Assembly: GCA_010093995.1 (NCBI GenBank)
Contig: ML992507.1
Coordinates: forward strand, 1,051,868-1,115,867
Direction: 5' to 3'
Source: Elsinoe ampelina
Lineage: Eukaryota
Length of the DNA: 64,000 nt
Part shown: positions 63,701 through 64,000 of the stretch, in pieces
How the letters are laid out: each line of letters begins with the position of its first letter
Numbering within the stretch: the first letter of the stretch is position 1
Notes under the pieces: model-generated
Databases searched by the model: none
What the model saw: only the letters and a program-made list of their open reading frames with translations
What the model was told of the DNA's origin: nothing
Translations under genes and position numbers: made by a program

Positions 63701-64000
63701 AATATATAGTTGTTACTTATATTATTAGCAGTAATAGCAAGGAGTCTGTCCTAGAGATTATAGTACTAGAGTGTCCGTACGAGTTTAGTAGCTATATTAT
63801 AGCCTATGTATTAACCCCGAAGTAGTACTATATCTAATAATTATTCCTAGAGCTACTATTAGTTATTAATATAATAAGCTTTAATTGTAATAAAGCTTAA
63901 ATAATTATTTATAGACTAGCTATTAAGGGCAATTAAGACCTTTATTGTCTTATTAAGATCTTATAATAACGTTCGATAGAGATTTTTAAATTTATTATTA

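Larger units (their letters stand above)
40069..64000 (-). mobile_element. hAT-2 copy 2 (40069-40742 and 62410-64000), runs off the window end
   Basis: 40069-40742 is the reverse complement of 30406-29862 plus 23002-22870; 62410-64000 is the reverse complement of ~22872-21280 (transposase). Confidence 0.95.

Noticed and set aside
1..64000. Alternative genetic code or organellar/AT-rich bacterial origin to explain the abundant TAA/TAG
   Set aside because: Stop positions differ between copies of the same element and map to C>T/G>A changes of Gln, Trp and Arg codons, as expected from RIP.

Overview
A gene-free, AT-rich block from a filamentous ascomycete, built entirely of nested transposons degraded by repeat-induced point mutation (RIP: CpA/TpG depleted, TpA/TAG/TAA in excess; repeat copies differ almost only by C>T and G>A). 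Target-site duplications (TSDs) resolve nearly every junction. The background is an old Ty3/Gypsy chromovirus (C). Inserted into it are Gypsy A (8865-15126), a solo LTR (15186-15371), Gypsy A2 (15845-34626; it contains hAT-2 at 17832-30406, which contains Gypsy B at 23003-29861), a hAT MITE (36828-37250), and a second hAT-2 (40069 to beyond 64000; it contains Gypsy B' at 40743-62409, which contains hAT-3 at 43884-51733 and hAT-1 at 54132-61052). A further hAT-1 lies at 1792-8743 and a truncated Gypsy A at 1-1504. Main finding: three distinct hAT families carry the same cargo module next to the transposase. It consists of a two-intron histone H3-like gene with CenH3-like hallmarks, head-to-head with a conserved ~1.3-kb gene ending in an acidic tail. 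Two families also carry a six-Cys zinc-cluster-like gene. All protein readings are manual reconstructions of RIP-mutated pseudogenes, and no intact gene is present. Family labels (A, B, C, hAT-1/2/3) are my own.
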